Assembly: GCA_964016885.1 (NCBI GenBank)
Contig: OZ024742.1
Coordinates: 312,666,001-312,730,000, forward strand
DNA length: 64,000 nt
DNA from: Eledone cirrhosa
Taxonomy: Eukaryota
Reading direction: 5' to 3'
Both the position numbers and the translations under genes were made by a program. This document shows positions 1 through 13,089 of the stretch, in pieces (positions within the stretch are counted from its first letter, which is position 1; every line of letters starts with the position of its first letter). Below the pieces are notes generated by a model, which ran no database searches, had not been told where the DNA came from, and saw nothing but the letters and a program-made list of their open reading frames with translations.

Positions 1-200
1 TGAATTTCTGTGGTAGAGCCTGTAGCAGTGGAGACATCCAACACTTTTGGTCCCTGGAACACATCCCTGCTCGTTGCTATTGGAGCAGAGTTGGCTATCT
101 CTGCAGGATCCCACGAGGTGGAGTGGCTGTTCCAATGTGTCTCCTTCACCATTCTCCGGGGCAATTATTCTCCATCCTGTTGGCTGGGACCCAGAGGCAG
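1..200 (+). mobile_element. 3' fossil of a CRE-clade (restriction-like endonuclease) non-LTR retrotransposon
   Basis: ORF 10-207 reads VEPVAVETSNTFGP...IG..L...G..EVEWLFQCVSFTILRGN, matching the CRE C-terminal pattern F.P.A.ET.G..G....WL.QR.S..I.RGN. Confidence 0.65.
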
Positions 201-659
201 TGGGTAAGTTAGTTGGTAGTGGCGGATACTCATTTGAATGTCACTTTCACACATGTATTGTGTGCCTTTTTTAAAACTGTTGTATTAATTACATTAAGGG
301 TATGTGTATCTGTGGAATGCTCAGCCACCTACACTATTCCATAGTGAAGAAGTTCACTTCATAATTACATAAGTTCTTGTTCTATTTCACATGATAATAT
401 CTTGGACAAGTGTCTTCTACTATAGTCAGAGTTGACCAATACTTTGTGAGGAGAATACTATGCTTGTGGAAGCATGTTGCATATGTACGTGTGTAGGGCT
501 GGATTGTATATGTATGTGTGTAGGGCTGGATTAATCATTTAGCAAAATAAGTACATGTTTAGAACATCAAGGGAAGAGAAACATTAATTTGTTTAAATTA
601 AATGTATTTGTCATTCAAAGAAAAAGAAAAATGTTTTTGCAGACTTTATTTATGGGAGT

Positions 660-975
660 AGGTGGTGTATTGTCAGAGTCATTACAATGTTGAATAGAAT
701 GCTTTGCAGTATTCATTCCAGCTCTCTGCTCTCTCAGTTCAAATCCTGCTGAGATCAACATAGCCTTTCATCCATTCAAGGTCAATAAAAAAAAGTAGCA
801 GTCTAGTACTGGGTTGATTCTTCTTCTATATTTCTTTCTCTATCCATTTCTGGAAGAAATCAATTGTACTCAATCCTGGAGAAGGAGTGGGCTCCAGCAG
901 GTTTAAAAATGCCCTAAGAAATGCTGTATGTCAATATGGTGTCCCTATAACACCCTTAGGAATTATGGGTCCATT
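660..975 (+). mobile_element. tRNA-headed SINE with Meta-like central domain, long-tail variant
   Basis: GTTCAAATCC B-box followed by GCCTTTCATCC...GGTCAATAAA. The tail (tggaagaaat...aatgccctaagaaatgctgtatgtc) recurs at ~3030-3160, ~24780-24960 and inverted at ~21960-22100. Confidence 0.7.
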
Positions 976-1094
976 CCATATCATATATGGGAATGGAGAT
1001 TTTACCATAATCATTTTTAAGTGCTTAAGGCCTCAGAAGGATGTAATCTGGTCCTCTGTTTGTGGTGGGTGCATGTTTCACTGATATTTATCAA

Positions 1095-1250
1095 CAAAGA
1101 ATGCTGAGTTCAAATTCTGCCAAGGTTAGCTTTTCTTTTCATTCTTGTGGGGTCAATAAAATAAAGTACCAGTAATGCACTGGGCTTGATTTAATCGACT
1201 TTCCCCTCCCCACAAATTGCTGGCCTTGTGCCAAAAGTAAAAACAATTAT
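1095..1250 (+). mobile_element. tRNA/Meta-like SINE, 5'-truncated
   Basis: gagttcaaattctgccaaggttag...ggggtcaataaaataaagtaccagtaatgcactggg...ggccttgtgccaaaagta, the same family found dozens of times in the window. Confidence 0.75.
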
Positions 1251-2609
1251 TATTTTTTAATATTTTGTTAAATTTCTTTAACACTTAGTAAATGAAGATG
1301 CGCTGTGGTTATATGACGTGTTCATAAGTTCAAACCTTGCTTAAATCCTGTTACCATGTATAATGCCTTAGGCAAGGGATATAATAAATCTGATAGACTG
1401 GTTGACATCAACTACAACATTTATTTTACGTTTGAATGAATAACATTAGGAAAGGCAGCAAAAAACAATTATTTCTATAATATGTATAATTGATCCCTGT
1501 CATGCTAGCATAAAATGAATAGATAATTGATTAAAAAATAAGAAAGAATTTATAATAAAAGTAGCAAAGAGCCAAACATATCAAATGATGTATATAAGAA
1601 TACCTTGCAGGGTAGAAATAGAAATCATATATAAATTATACAGGTATCAAGAGAAAAATGTTTAATGTTCGACATAGTTTGTTTAATTTGATTGTATGTC
1701 AAACATTCAGTGCATTATTAAATAGATCCAGCATATTACATCAACAGCCAACCACTGGAACAGAACATTCACAATTTGTGATTTAATTCTATATACATAT
1801 ATTGTCTTTAACTGCATTTATTGTGTACAGTGTATAATTGATTTTTTTGCGAAAACATGTTGTAGTCTACAATTGGATTGTGTGTTAATTATACAGTTAC
1901 ATTATGCCTACAGAATGTATAGCCGACAGGTCACATTAGATATTAGATCTGCTAGGGCACACACACACAGACACTGAGTAATCTGAACGTGTAAATAACA
2001 TTTCTTTTTAAGAGAACAAAAAGAGAACCTATCAAAAATGACATGGAAAGGAAGAAGACTTTCCATAGATTTTATTGCATAATCAAAGATGAGAATTGAC
2101 ATAAAATTTTCCATATTGTCTCCTAATCATCATCATCATCATCATCATCCATCTGTTTTTTTTTTCTATGCTAGCATGGGTTCTGCTGGTCGTTATGAGA
2201 TAGTGTCTTCCTTGGTGGGTCAGAGGACAGTCCCTTGTTAAAATATGTTACATTTTGGCACAGTTTATATAACAAGATGTCTTTCCTAAAGCCAACCACT
2301 TTAGAAAGCGTATTTCTGGCATAAGTTAGACAAGACGTCACAGACTAGGTCAGTATTTAATCAGACTTACCATTCTCCTAGAATGGCTAGAGGCCGTGTC
2401 ATATGTATATATATACTTTCCAATTTTAGCATGGTTCCCACAGCAGGATGCTTTTCCTAATACCAACCCCTTGATGCATTTCTTTTTTGTAGCACCAGGA
2501 TTAAACTTAAACAAAAAGTTCTTTCAACCCTTTCTTTGTTTGGTAAGGTTTCTATGAAGGGAATTCCTTCTTATCACCAACCGTTTTATAAAGTGTACTG
2601 AGTGCATAA

Positions 2610-3165
2610 GGCAGTGAATTTGCAGAGTCGCTAGAACGTTGGATAGAATTCTTTATGGTATTCGTTCTGGCTCTCTGCTTCCTTGAGTTCAAATCCCACC
2701 GAGGTCAACTTTGCCTTTCATCCTTTCGAGGTCGATAAAAAAGGACTGGGTGCTTTTTGTCGAGTCACAAATTTTTGTTCCCCAGTGTAATTATTATAAG
2801 CAACATATGTGATGTACAAAATCCATTATTTGACAGTTGCAATTCAGAGCTATCCATCAATTGGTGATTAGGTCTTTCTTTTTGGGGGGGTTGGGGAAGA
2901 ACAAAATAAATATTGTAATATGAAAATTTGAAAATGTGAGATTCCAAAACTGTAATAAAAGTTGATCCCTACACCATCACCACCACAACCACTACAACCA
3001 CCACCAAAACACCACTGCACCAACACCACTGGGGTTGATTCTTTCTCTCTCTGGAAGAAATCTGCTGTACTCAGGGATGGGCTCTGCCAGGCTTAAAATG
3101 CCTAAGAAACGGCGTATGTCACTATTGTGTCCCTATGGATCTATCAGGAGTTACAGGACCATATA
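2610..3165 (+). mobile_element. Meta-like SINE split by a ~280-bp inverted insertion
   Basis: Head and central domain at 2610-2742; tail resumes at ~3023 (cactggggttgattc...). An uninterrupted version is at 660-975. Confidence 0.7.
2743..3022 (-). repeat. Inverted near-identical copy of 4968-5250
   Basis: The reverse complement matches 4968-5250; ORFs 2765-2947(-) and 5046-5228(+) differ at only 2 of 60 residues. Confidence 0.92.
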
Positions 3166-3389
3166 TACATATACATACTGAGTGCATATTTTTGTGGCAC
3201 CAGCACTAGGGAGGTTGTCATGCCCTTGACATAAGAAGAGAGTCCTCTCAATCCTTTGTTTGACATATTGTTATATTTCACTGGTTCAAATTAACTTACT
3301 GATTCAGGTATGTGAAAGTGAGTTTCAGTTTATTTATACATACATAAATACAGATATTTACATACATTTATGTACACACTGTACCTCCT

Positions 3390-4085
3390 CCTACCACCAC
3401 CACTACCACCAACCACCACCACCAACCATCACCACCACCACCACCACCACCACCACCACCACCACCACCACCACCACAACCAGAATCTATAAACAGATAC
3501 TATGTGGGAGTACAACTCACCATTGTGAGCACAGATGAACACCACCACCACTGCCACCATCGCCACTACCGCTACCACCACCATTGTCATTACCATCACT
3601 ACTGCCACCACCACCACTATTATCACCATCATCACCACTGCAACCACCACCATCACCACCACTACCAGCATTCCCACTATTACATCGTTACTAACACCAC
3701 CAGCAGCAGCAGTAGCACCACTGCAACCACCACCACCTCAACTCCACCACCACCACCACCACCACCACCACCACCTCAATAGCCACTGCCACCAGAATAT
3801 GTGAACAGATGCTATGTGGAATACAGTTCACTGCTCACCGTTGGGAGCACAGATGACCACCACCACCACCACCACTGCTATCACCATCACCACCACCACT
3901 ACCACCACTGCTACCACTACCACCACCACCACTGCCACCACTGCCACCACCATCACCACCACCACCATCACCATCACCACCACCACCACCACCACTGCTA
4001 CCACTACCACCACCACCACTGACACCACTGCCACCACCATCACCACCACCACTGCTACCACTACCACTACCACCACTGCCACTGC
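3390..4085. repeat. Degenerate (CAC)n microsatellite
   Basis: Direct reading. Contains a duplicated ~60-bp island (ccagaat...gagcacagatga) at ~3480 and ~3792. Confidence 0.95.
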
Positions 4086-4269
4086 TAACCTCTACTACTG
4101 GCACCATTGCCATAAAACTCAGTTACAATGTGGGAGAAACAGCTGGTCATTGTAAGAACAAAGTTTACAAGAGGTAACTGAAAGGGTTGGTGCCAGGAAA
4201 CGATTCTAGCTGGAACACACTCCTTCCTGCCCCAACCTATGCTAACATGGAAAAGTGGATATTGAAAGT

Positions 4270-5020
4270 GATGATGGTGGTGGTGGTGGTGGTAGTGGTT
4301 GTGGTGGTGGTGGTAGTGGTGTTTGTGGTGGTTGTGGTGGTGGTTGCAGTGGTTGTGGTGGTAGTGCAGTGGTGGTGTTTTGGTGGTGGTTGTAGTGGTT
4401 GTGGTGGTGTTTGTGGTGTTTTGGTGGTGGTGTTGGTGGTGGTGGTGTTGGTTGTGGTGGTGGTGGTGGTTGTGGTTGTGGTAGTTGTGGTGGTGGTGGT
4501 GGTTGCATTGGTTGTGGTGGTAGTGCAGTGGTGGTGGTAGTATTTTGGTGGTGGTTGTAGTGGTTGTGGTGGTGTTTGTGGTGTTTTGGTGGTGGTTGTG
4601 GTGGTTGTGGTGGTGTTGGTTGTGGTGTTTGTGGTGGTTGTGGTGGTGGTTGCAGTGGTTGTGGTGGTAGTGCAGTGGTGGTGTTTTGGTGGTGGTTGTA
4701 GTGGTTGTGGTGGTGTTTGTGGTGTTTTGGTGGTGGTGTTGGTGGTGGTGGTGTTGGTTGTGGTGGTGGTGGTGGTTGTGGTTGTGGTAGTTGTGGTGGT
4801 GGTGGTGGTTGCATTGGTTGTGGTGGTAGTGCAGTGGTGGTGGTAGTATTTTGGTGGTGGTTGTAGTGGTTGTGGTGGTGTTTGTGGTGTTTTGGTGGTG
4901 GTTGTGGTGGTTGTGGTGGTGTTGGTTGTGGTGTTTTGGTGGGGGAAGGGGGTTGTGGTGGTGGTTGTGGTGCAGTGGTGGTGTTTTGGTGGTGGTTGTA
5001 GTGGTTGTGGTGGTGATGGT
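4270..5020. repeat. Degenerate (GTG)n microsatellite with a 306-bp higher-order duplication
   Basis: The diagnostic 'gtagtattttggtgg' recurs with tatt at 4541 and 4847. Confidence 0.9.
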
Positions 5021-5229
5021 GTAGGGATCAACTTTTATTACAGTTTTGGAATCTCACATTTTCAAATTTTCATATTACAATATTTATTTTGTTCTTCCCC
5101 AACCCCCCAAAAAAGAAAGACCTAATCACCAATTGATGGATAGCTCTGAATTGGAACTGTCAAATAATGGATTTTGTACATCACATATGTTGCTTATAAT
5201 AATTACACTAGGGAACAAAAATTTGTGAC

Positions 5230-5465
5230 ACGACAATAAGCACCCAGTCCACACTGTAAAGTGGTCGTGTAGGTGACACGGTAAAAAGGCTCCCAGTCCA
5301 CACTGTAAATGTGGTTGGAGTTAGGAAGGGTGTCCAGCCATAGAAAACCTGCCAGAAACAGTTCTATACAAGTGAAACATAGTCACCCAACCAATCTTGC
5401 CTCAAGTGGGATAAACCCATGCTAGCATGGAAGATGGACATCAAACGATGATGATGATGATGATA
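5230..5465 (+). mobile_element. RTE LINE 3' UTR fragment ending in (GAT)n
   Basis: cacccagtccacactgtaaagtgg...gttaggaagggtgtccagc...cccatgctagcatggaagatggac...gatgatgat, matching the 3' UTR at 9200-9447. Confidence 0.8.
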
Positions 5466-5702
5466 CTGGCACTTGTCTTACCTAATTTGGCTGTGCTTAA
5501 TTCAAATCAGAAGTCAGATTTTCTCCAGAAGCTACAGATTTTTTGCAATTCAAATTTTTCATTCTTTACGAAATTTCAACTCCTTTTGCATAAATCCATG
5601 TTTTATCGAAGGAATTTATGATTATACTATCTTAAATTTGAGCTTCAAAGAACCATTTAAAAAAAAAAATAATTTATCCTCAACAGAATTTGATGGTAAT
5701 AA

Positions 5703-5882
5703 TCGTTTCTACTTTTGACACAAGGCCAGCAATTACCCCAGTGCATTACTGGTACTTTAATTTATCGACCTCGTAAGAATGAAAAGTAAAGTTAACCTCC
5801 ATGGGAATTGAACTCAGAACGTAAAGGGCCATAACTCTATGCTGCAAAGCATGGCGTCCGACCCTCTACCAATACTGCCAGG
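5703..5882 (-). mobile_element. tRNA/Meta-like SINE
   Basis: Reverse complement of the common SINE (tttctacttttgacacaaggccagc...gaactcagaacgtaaagggcc...). Confidence 0.75.
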
Positions 5883-6206
5883 TAATAATGATGATGTTGC
5901 AGTTACATATCATAAATCCGGAGTGGTTTCAAGTGTTTTGGTATTAAATGAGTAAAAAAAAAAAGAATTATGTAGTTCTAGATACACTATGCCCCAGAAA
6001 AAGACTAGATGGCCAAGGCTGGGATCCTTTGATCACAGTATCTATTCAATCTGGTCTGAAAAGGCTTTCAATAAACAACTATGCAGTTTCTCTTGGAATG
6101 ATTCATTAGGCCAAATACAACAGATTTTGAACTTGAGACACCAAGTCATCGTGAATTTTTCAACCATATTTCAACACTTTCCTGCTGAGTTAATAAGCTT
6201 TTCTGG

Positions 6207-6749
6207 GTGGGAAATGACAATGGGCTGGGTGGAGTAGGAATCATGGTAGCAGAAAAGTGGGCAGATAAGATAATAGACGTAAATAGAGTGAACGACAGAA
6301 TAATTAAAATAAGACTTGTCCTCAATAGAACTACTGTGACAATAATATCTGCATATGCACCACAATCCGGACTGCCTGGCATTATAAAAGACAGATTCTA
6401 TGAGACGTTATTGCTCACTACCTCCCAAATAACTGACAGTGACTACATAGTTATCGCTGGCGACCTAAATGGTCACGTTGGACAACATTGTGACGGCTAT
6501 GACGGAATCCATGGAGGCTATGGGTTTGGTACTAAAAATGAGGAAGGCTCCAGAATCCTGGAATTCTGTGACATAAATAACCTAACTATCTGTAACACTA
6601 ACTTCAAAAAACGAGACAATCACTTGATCACCTATAGATTGGGGGAACACACAAGCCAGGTAGATTATATCCTTACCAGGAGACGTGACAGAGTGTCTGT
6701 TGTAAACACTAAATCCCTCCCCCATGAAGAATGCACCTCTCAAAAATAG
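6207..6749 (+). pseudogene. Apurinic-like (APE) endonuclease domain of the RTE LINE
   Basis: GVGI, SAYAPQSG, IAGDLNGHVG, NEEG..ILEFC, ITY, QVDYIL motifs; premature TAG at 6747-6749. Confidence 0.9.
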
Positions 6750-7081
6750 ACTCATAATTAGCGACCTCATAGTCAGGATGAGACGTACTCGACAACAGAA
6801 GAGGACTATCCTCAGGAGAAAAATATGGAAGTTAAAAGACCCCACAGCCAGTAATAAATTTAAAAGCATATTACTTAATGCTTTTGATAGTAAGGAAGAG
6901 CAATTAGAGTCGTACAATATAGAGGAACAGTGGGAATTCCTGAAAGCTAACCTGCTGAAGGCGACAGATGAAACCTGTGGCCGGAGCAGACCTATAGGCA
7001 GGAGGAGAGTAACCCGGTGGTGGAACAGTAAAGTGGAGGGGTCAATAAAGGCCAAAAAGCAGGCTTCGAAAGCATGGCGGG

Positions 7082-8239
7082 ATGGGGGGAAGTAGAGAAG
7101 ACTATCAAGTGGCCAGGAGGGAAGCTAGGGGACGAGTGTACTTCGCAAGAAGGGAAGCAGAGGAAAGAAAGTTCAAGCATGTTCTACAACGCGAGGACCA
7201 AAAACATGAGGTGTTCAGGATTGCTAGGCAATGTGTCAAGGAAAACAGTGATATTGTCGGGGAGAAGTGTGTCCTTAATGATGATGGTGTACTTGCCATC
7301 ACTGACGCTGATAAGAAGGTAGCTTGGAAGTGTCACTACGAAAGGCTACTAAATGAGGAGAATAATTGGGAGAAAGACAGTCGCCCCCACATCGACCCAA
7401 TAGAGGGACCAGCAGTGCAAGTTGAAGGTAGTATAATAAGTAAGGCGATCAAAGACATGAAGACGGGCAATGCAGCCGGGCCTTCGGAAATAGTTGCTGA
7501 AATGCTGAAAGCATCTGGAACAGTGGGACACACTATGGTCACCCGGATAGTAAACCAAGTCATACAGAATGGGGTCGTTCCGAAGGACTGGCGCAGCAGC
7601 ATCATCATTAACTGCTACAAGGGTAAAGGTGATACCCTAGATAGGGGAAACTATAGAGGCATTAAATTAATTGACCAGGTCATGAAGGTCACAGAAAAAG
7701 TAATAGCGCAACTAATCAGAGAGCGAATTGATCTAGACGAAATGCAGTTCGGGTTTGTGTCAGGTAAAAGTACAACAGACACACTTTTCATTGTACGACA
7801 ACTACAGGAGAAGTACCTAGCTAAAATTAAACCCCTATACTTAGCTTGTGTTGACTTGGAGAAAGCCTTTGACAGAGTACCCTGCTCGATTATCTGGTGG
7901 GCCCTTAGAAAACTAGGTGTTGATGAATGGCTTGTGAGAGCTATACAAGCCATGTATAAAGAAACAGTCAGCAAGGTTAGAATTAACAACGAATATAGTG
8001 AAGAGTTTAGCGTAAATGTTGGTGTTCATCAGGGCTCCGTCCTTAGCCTACTATTTATTATTGCCCTTCAGGCTATAACAGAGGAGTTCAAGACTGGCTG
8101 CCCATGGGAACTCCTATATGCAGATGATCTAACGCTCATAGCTGAATCAATGGCTGAACTAGAGAAGAAATTCCAAACATGGAAGCATGGCCTAGAATCA
8201 AAAGCCTTAAAGTTAACTTGTCTAAGACTAAAGTTCTAG
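7082..8239 (+). pseudogene. Reverse transcriptase domain of the RTE LINE
   Basis: AAGP, KGKG...NYRGIKL, QFGF, DLEKAFDRV, GVHQGS, YADD; frameshifted on both sides. Confidence 0.92.
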
Positions 8240-9000
8240 TTTGTAGGAAGGAAAATAGGGCACCGGTCCCATCTGGGAAATGGCCATGCTCAGTGTATAG
8301 GAAAGGAGTAGGCAGAAACTCCATTTCATGTCCCAAATGCAAAGTATGGGTGCATAAAAGATGTAGTGGGATCACAGGTAAGCTAACTAAGAATATAGAT
8401 TTTATATGTGGCCGGTACTCTGGTGCAATAAGTAGCAGCAAGTGCCCACAGGATGCTAGCTCATTCCATTGCACAGATGGTTCTATAGAAATAGTGGACA
8501 GCTTCCGTTACCTGGGTGACAAAATCAGCAGTGGGGGAGGGTGCTCTGAAAGTACAGTAGCTAGAGTCAGAACAGGATGGAAAAAGTTCAGAAAGCTTAT
8601 ACCACTATTGGCCGCTAAAGGGTTCTCTCTAAAAATGAAAGGCAGGCTGTATGATGCCTGCATACGAACAACAATGTTACATGGCAGTGAGACCTGGGCA
8701 TTGTGTGCAGAGGATATATGCAGACTGGAGGGAAACGAAGCTTGCATGCTCCGCTGGATGTGTAATAGTAATATACGTGAACGGCAAAGCATAAATGAAC
8801 TAAGTGAGAAATTAGGAATACGAGGGAGCAGATGTTGTTTACTCGAGAGAAGACTACGTTGGTACGGTCACGTGATGCGCATGAAAGACGACAGCTGTAT
8901 AAAAAATTGCAGGGCGATAAAAATAGACGGTAGCCACGGAGTAGGCAGACCCAGAAAAACCTGGGACGACTTGATAAATTCCGACCTCACAGACTTCCAA
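8179..9000 (+). pseudogene. RTE C-terminal region with PHD-like Cys/His finger
   Basis: WPCSV(Y)RKGVGRNSISCPKCKVWVHKRCSG...FICGR, then FRYLG, HGSETW, RLRWYGHVMR. Confidence 0.85.
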
Positions 9001-9560
9001 GACAATGTCACTGGACCGAAAGCTTTGGCGCTACACAGTTATACAGAAGACCCGCCTTACCTAAGTACAAAGCGAAACCTACAGTCAGTAGGCACCTCTA
9101 ACAAAATACACCCCCATCCCACTACCCCCACCCCATCCACACCACCCCCTTAAATGTGAAGTTATGTTGGTACCACAACATCCAGTCCAAAACAAATGAG
9201 GTCGTGTAGGTGTCACGACAAAAAAAACACACAGTCCACGCTGTAATGTGGCCGTGTAGGTAACACGGTAAAAACCTCCCAGTCCACACTGTAAACGTGG
9301 TTGGTGTTAAGAAGGGCATCCAGCTGTAGAAAACCCACCAGACAGTCCTATATGAGCAGGACAACCAATCTTGCCTCAAGTGGGAAAACTCCCAGTCAAA
9401 CCCATGCAAGCGTGGAAGATGGACGTTAAACGATGATGATGATGATATATATCAGAGAGAAGGAATGAGAGAGACCCATGTTAGCGTGGAAAATGGACAT
9501 TAAATGATGATGTTAATATCTATCATCATCATCATCATTTTACGTCCGATTTTCCCTGCT

Positions 9561-9613
<53 letters not shown>

Positions 9614-9696
9614 GTTATTCCGGGTTGAATCGGAGGTAACCACAGATTCCTGATGATTTCTAATGAATGAAACAGTTTTAGTCCTGTAGAATCTCA

Positions 9697-9802
<106 letters not shown>

Positions 9803-9923
9803 TAACATATATATATATACATATATACATATATATATATAACATATATATATATATGTATATATGTACATGCACACACATATATATATGGATACATATA
9901 TATATATACATATGTGTGTGTGT

Positions 9924-10292
9924 ACACGACCGTGACTTCTGGCGTCACGCAGTAATACAGGGTACCCGACCTCCCATGGGTACATGCTGAAGCATATAAA
10001 CAATATGCCCCCCCCCCCCCCACCGCAAGGTGGTCGTGGAGGTGCCACGGCAAAAAAGCACCCAGCCCACACTGTAAAGTGGACGTGTAGGCGCCACGAA
10101 AAAGCACCCAGCACTCACTGTAAATGAGGTTGGTGTTAGGAAGGGCATCCAGCTGTAGAAATCAAGCCAGATCAGTTCCTGTATGAGCAAGGCATGGTCA
10201 GCCGACCAGACACTGCCCACAACAGGACAACCCGTCTAACCCATGCTAGCGTGGAAGAACGGACGTAAAACGGTGATGATGATGATGATGAT
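9924..10292 (+). mobile_element. RTE LINE subfamily B 3' end
   Basis: Near-identical to 27522-27884 and 42435-42849; (GAT)n tail; flanked by TA/TG microsatellite. Confidence 0.9.
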
Positions 10293-10538
10293 ATATGTGT
10301 GTGTGTGTGTGTGTGTGTATTGAACATGTTATCATAGAATGAGGCTGCATTTAAAATGTCAGTGGACTAAAGTTTGTGGAATTTTCTAATATCTGATATA
10401 AAGACATTTATATATTAAAAAAAAGCCTTAATTTTCATTCCTATTCTCAATACTCACTAGGGAGTAATGTTACATCTCAGTACATTCTTACTTGGGAGTT
10501 ATACCAATAAATAAATAAATATATTATAATAATAATAA

Positions 10539-10569
<31 letters not shown>

Positions 10570-10787
10570 AATAATAAGAAGAAGAAGAAGAAGGAGAAGA
10601 AAAAGCAAAGCAGGTATTGCAATGGCAACAGCAGCAACAACAACAAAAGCATGAAGATATTTTGATATTTTTCTTGCAGCTTAGACCAAACTGATTACAC
10701 ACCATCAGACCTTAACCTTTTCTATTTGGACTTTTCAGAAGAGTTAAATGAAAAATACAAAGAAAAAACTGAATACATACATAACCC

Positions 10788-10788
<1 letters not shown>

Positions 10789-10850
<62 letters not shown>

Positions 10851-10953
10851 TATATATATACATATATATATATGTATGTATATATATATATACATACATA
10901 TATATATATACATATATATATACATACATATATACATACATATATATGTATAT

Positions 10954-10984
<31 letters not shown>

Positions 10985-11103
10985 CATACATATATATATA
11001 TATATATATACATGCATACATACATACATACATATATATATATATGTATATACATACATATACATATATATATATATGTATATATATACATATATATATA
11101 TAC

Positions 11104-11138
<35 letters not shown>

Positions 11139-11147
11139 CATGCATAC

Positions 11148-11178
<31 letters not shown>

Positions 11179-11257
11179 CATGTATACATATATATATATA
11201 TATATACACACATATATATATATATATATATATACATGCATACACATATATATATAC

Positions 11258-11290
<33 letters not shown>

Positions 11291-11520
11291 CATGCATACA
11301 TACATACATCATCATCATCATCATTATCATCACCGTTTTACGTCCGTTCTTCCATGCTAGCATGGGTTAGACGGGTTGTCTTGTTGTGGGCAGTGTCTGG
11401 TCGGCTGACCATGCCTTGCTCATACAGGAACTGATCTGGCTTGATTTCTACAGCTGGATGCCCTTCCTAACACCAACCTCATTTACAGTGAGTGCTGGGT
11501 GCTTTTTTCCGTGGCGCCTT

Positions 11521-11597
<77 letters not shown>

Positions 11598-11642
11598 TAC
11601 ATGCATACATATATACATATACACATACATATATATATGTAT

Positions 11643-11676
<34 letters not shown>

Positions 11677-11815
11677 GTGTGTGGGCAGTGTCTGGTCGGC
11701 TGACCATGCCTTGCTCATACAGGAACTGATCTGGCTTGATTTCTACAGCTGGATGCCCTTCCTAATACCAACCTCATTTACAGTGAGTGCTGGGTGCTTT
11801 TTTCCGTGGCGCCTT

Positions 11816-11890
<75 letters not shown>

Positions 11891-11932
11891 TACATGCATA
11901 CATATATACATATACACATACATATATATATG

Positions 11933-11971
<39 letters not shown>

Positions 11972-11998
11972 GTGTGTGTGTCTTTATCTCTCTCTCTA

Positions 11999-12063
<65 letters not shown>

Positions 12064-12096
12064 ATGTGTGTGTCCTTCTCTCTCTCTGTCTCTCTG

Positions 12097-12131
<35 letters not shown>

Positions 12132-12256
12132 TTATATATGTATATGTATATATATATATGTATATATATGTATATGTATATATATGTATATATATATTTG
12201 TATATATGTATGTATATATATATATATGTGTATATATATACATATGTATATATATG

Positions 12257-12291
<35 letters not shown>

Positions 12292-12350
12292 GTATGTATA
12301 TATACATATATATATATATATACATACATACATATATATATGTATACATG

Positions 12351-12438
<88 letters not shown>

Positions 12439-12439
12439 C

Positions 12440-12472
<33 letters not shown>

Positions 12473-12690
12473 CATATATATACATATACATATTTATACA
12501 TATACATACATATATATACATATACATATATATACATTATATATATATATATAGACAGAGAGGGGGGAGAGAAAGACACAGACATACATACACACACATA
12601 TATATATATGTATATATATATATGTATATATATATATATAATATATATATATATAGAGGGAGAGAGATAAACACACATATATATATATAA
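10789..12690. repeat. Compound (TA)n/(TACA)n/(TATG)n microsatellite field
   Basis: Direct reading; source of the many YIYIYI pseudo-ORFs. Confidence 0.95.
11307..11814 (-). mobile_element. RTE subfamily B 3' UTR fragment, partly tandem-duplicated (295-bp period including a TA tract)
   Basis: (CAT)n then caccgttttacgtccg...; 'tgggcagtgtctggtcggc' occurs at ~11387 and ~11682. Confidence 0.85.
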
Positions 12691-13089
12691 ATACATAATA
12701 CAGGAATCACAGGAGGAGGAAAATTAATGTTCCTTTTTTGTTTTTTTTTCTGATTTCATTTCACTTTGATTTTTATTTTCATATTCATATTCTTGTTTCA
12801 TTATTAACTCTCTTGTCACTGAAGGTACAAAAACACAACTCAATTGAAAATTAGAATGAAACAGAAATGGTTGAACATGAAGTTCAGATCTAATGACAGT
12901 CTTTGTCTACAGGTTGTTTTCTCTTTAGATACTCCATACATCTTGAAAATGTCAATAGCAGCCTTGATGAATAAGTCAAAAATTTTCATCGGATTGTTAT
13001 TGTGTATGAAAAACTTTGTGTAAAAGTTTGCTACTTCATCTATCTTCTTCTTCTTCTTCTTCTTCTTCTTCTTCCACATTTACCTCTGC

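Larger units (their letters stand above)
6201..9447 (+). mobile_element. RTE-clade LINE (subfamily A), near full length, 5'-truncated and inactivated
   Basis: APE endonuclease (SAYAPQ, GDLNGHVG, SQVDYIL), RT (NYRGIKL, QFGF, DLEKAFD, GVHQGS, LLYADD), Cys finger, RLRWYGHVMR...GRPRKTW, 3' UTR and (GAT)n tail. The ORF is broken by stops and frameshifts. Confidence 0.95.

Noticed and set aside
3260-5125. Poly-His/Thr/Pro/Val/Gly ORFs (also 20.2, 50.4-51.5, 51.6-53.2 and 58.1-58.9 kb)
   Set aside because: Trinucleotide microsatellites open in several frames, with no domain or splice support.
11387-11980. 295-bp tandem duplication as a functional unit
   Set aside because: LINE UTR fragment plus TA tract; best explained by slippage or an assembly artefact.
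10712-12696. Long YIYIYI ORFs (also 9.5-10.1, 35.5-36, 38.4-38.8 and 53-54.9 kb)
   Set aside because: Translations of (TA)n microsatellites, which lack stop codons by composition.
12840-13079. Unique-looking 79-aa ORF
   Set aside because: Starts in a (GAA)n run and has no recognisable motif.
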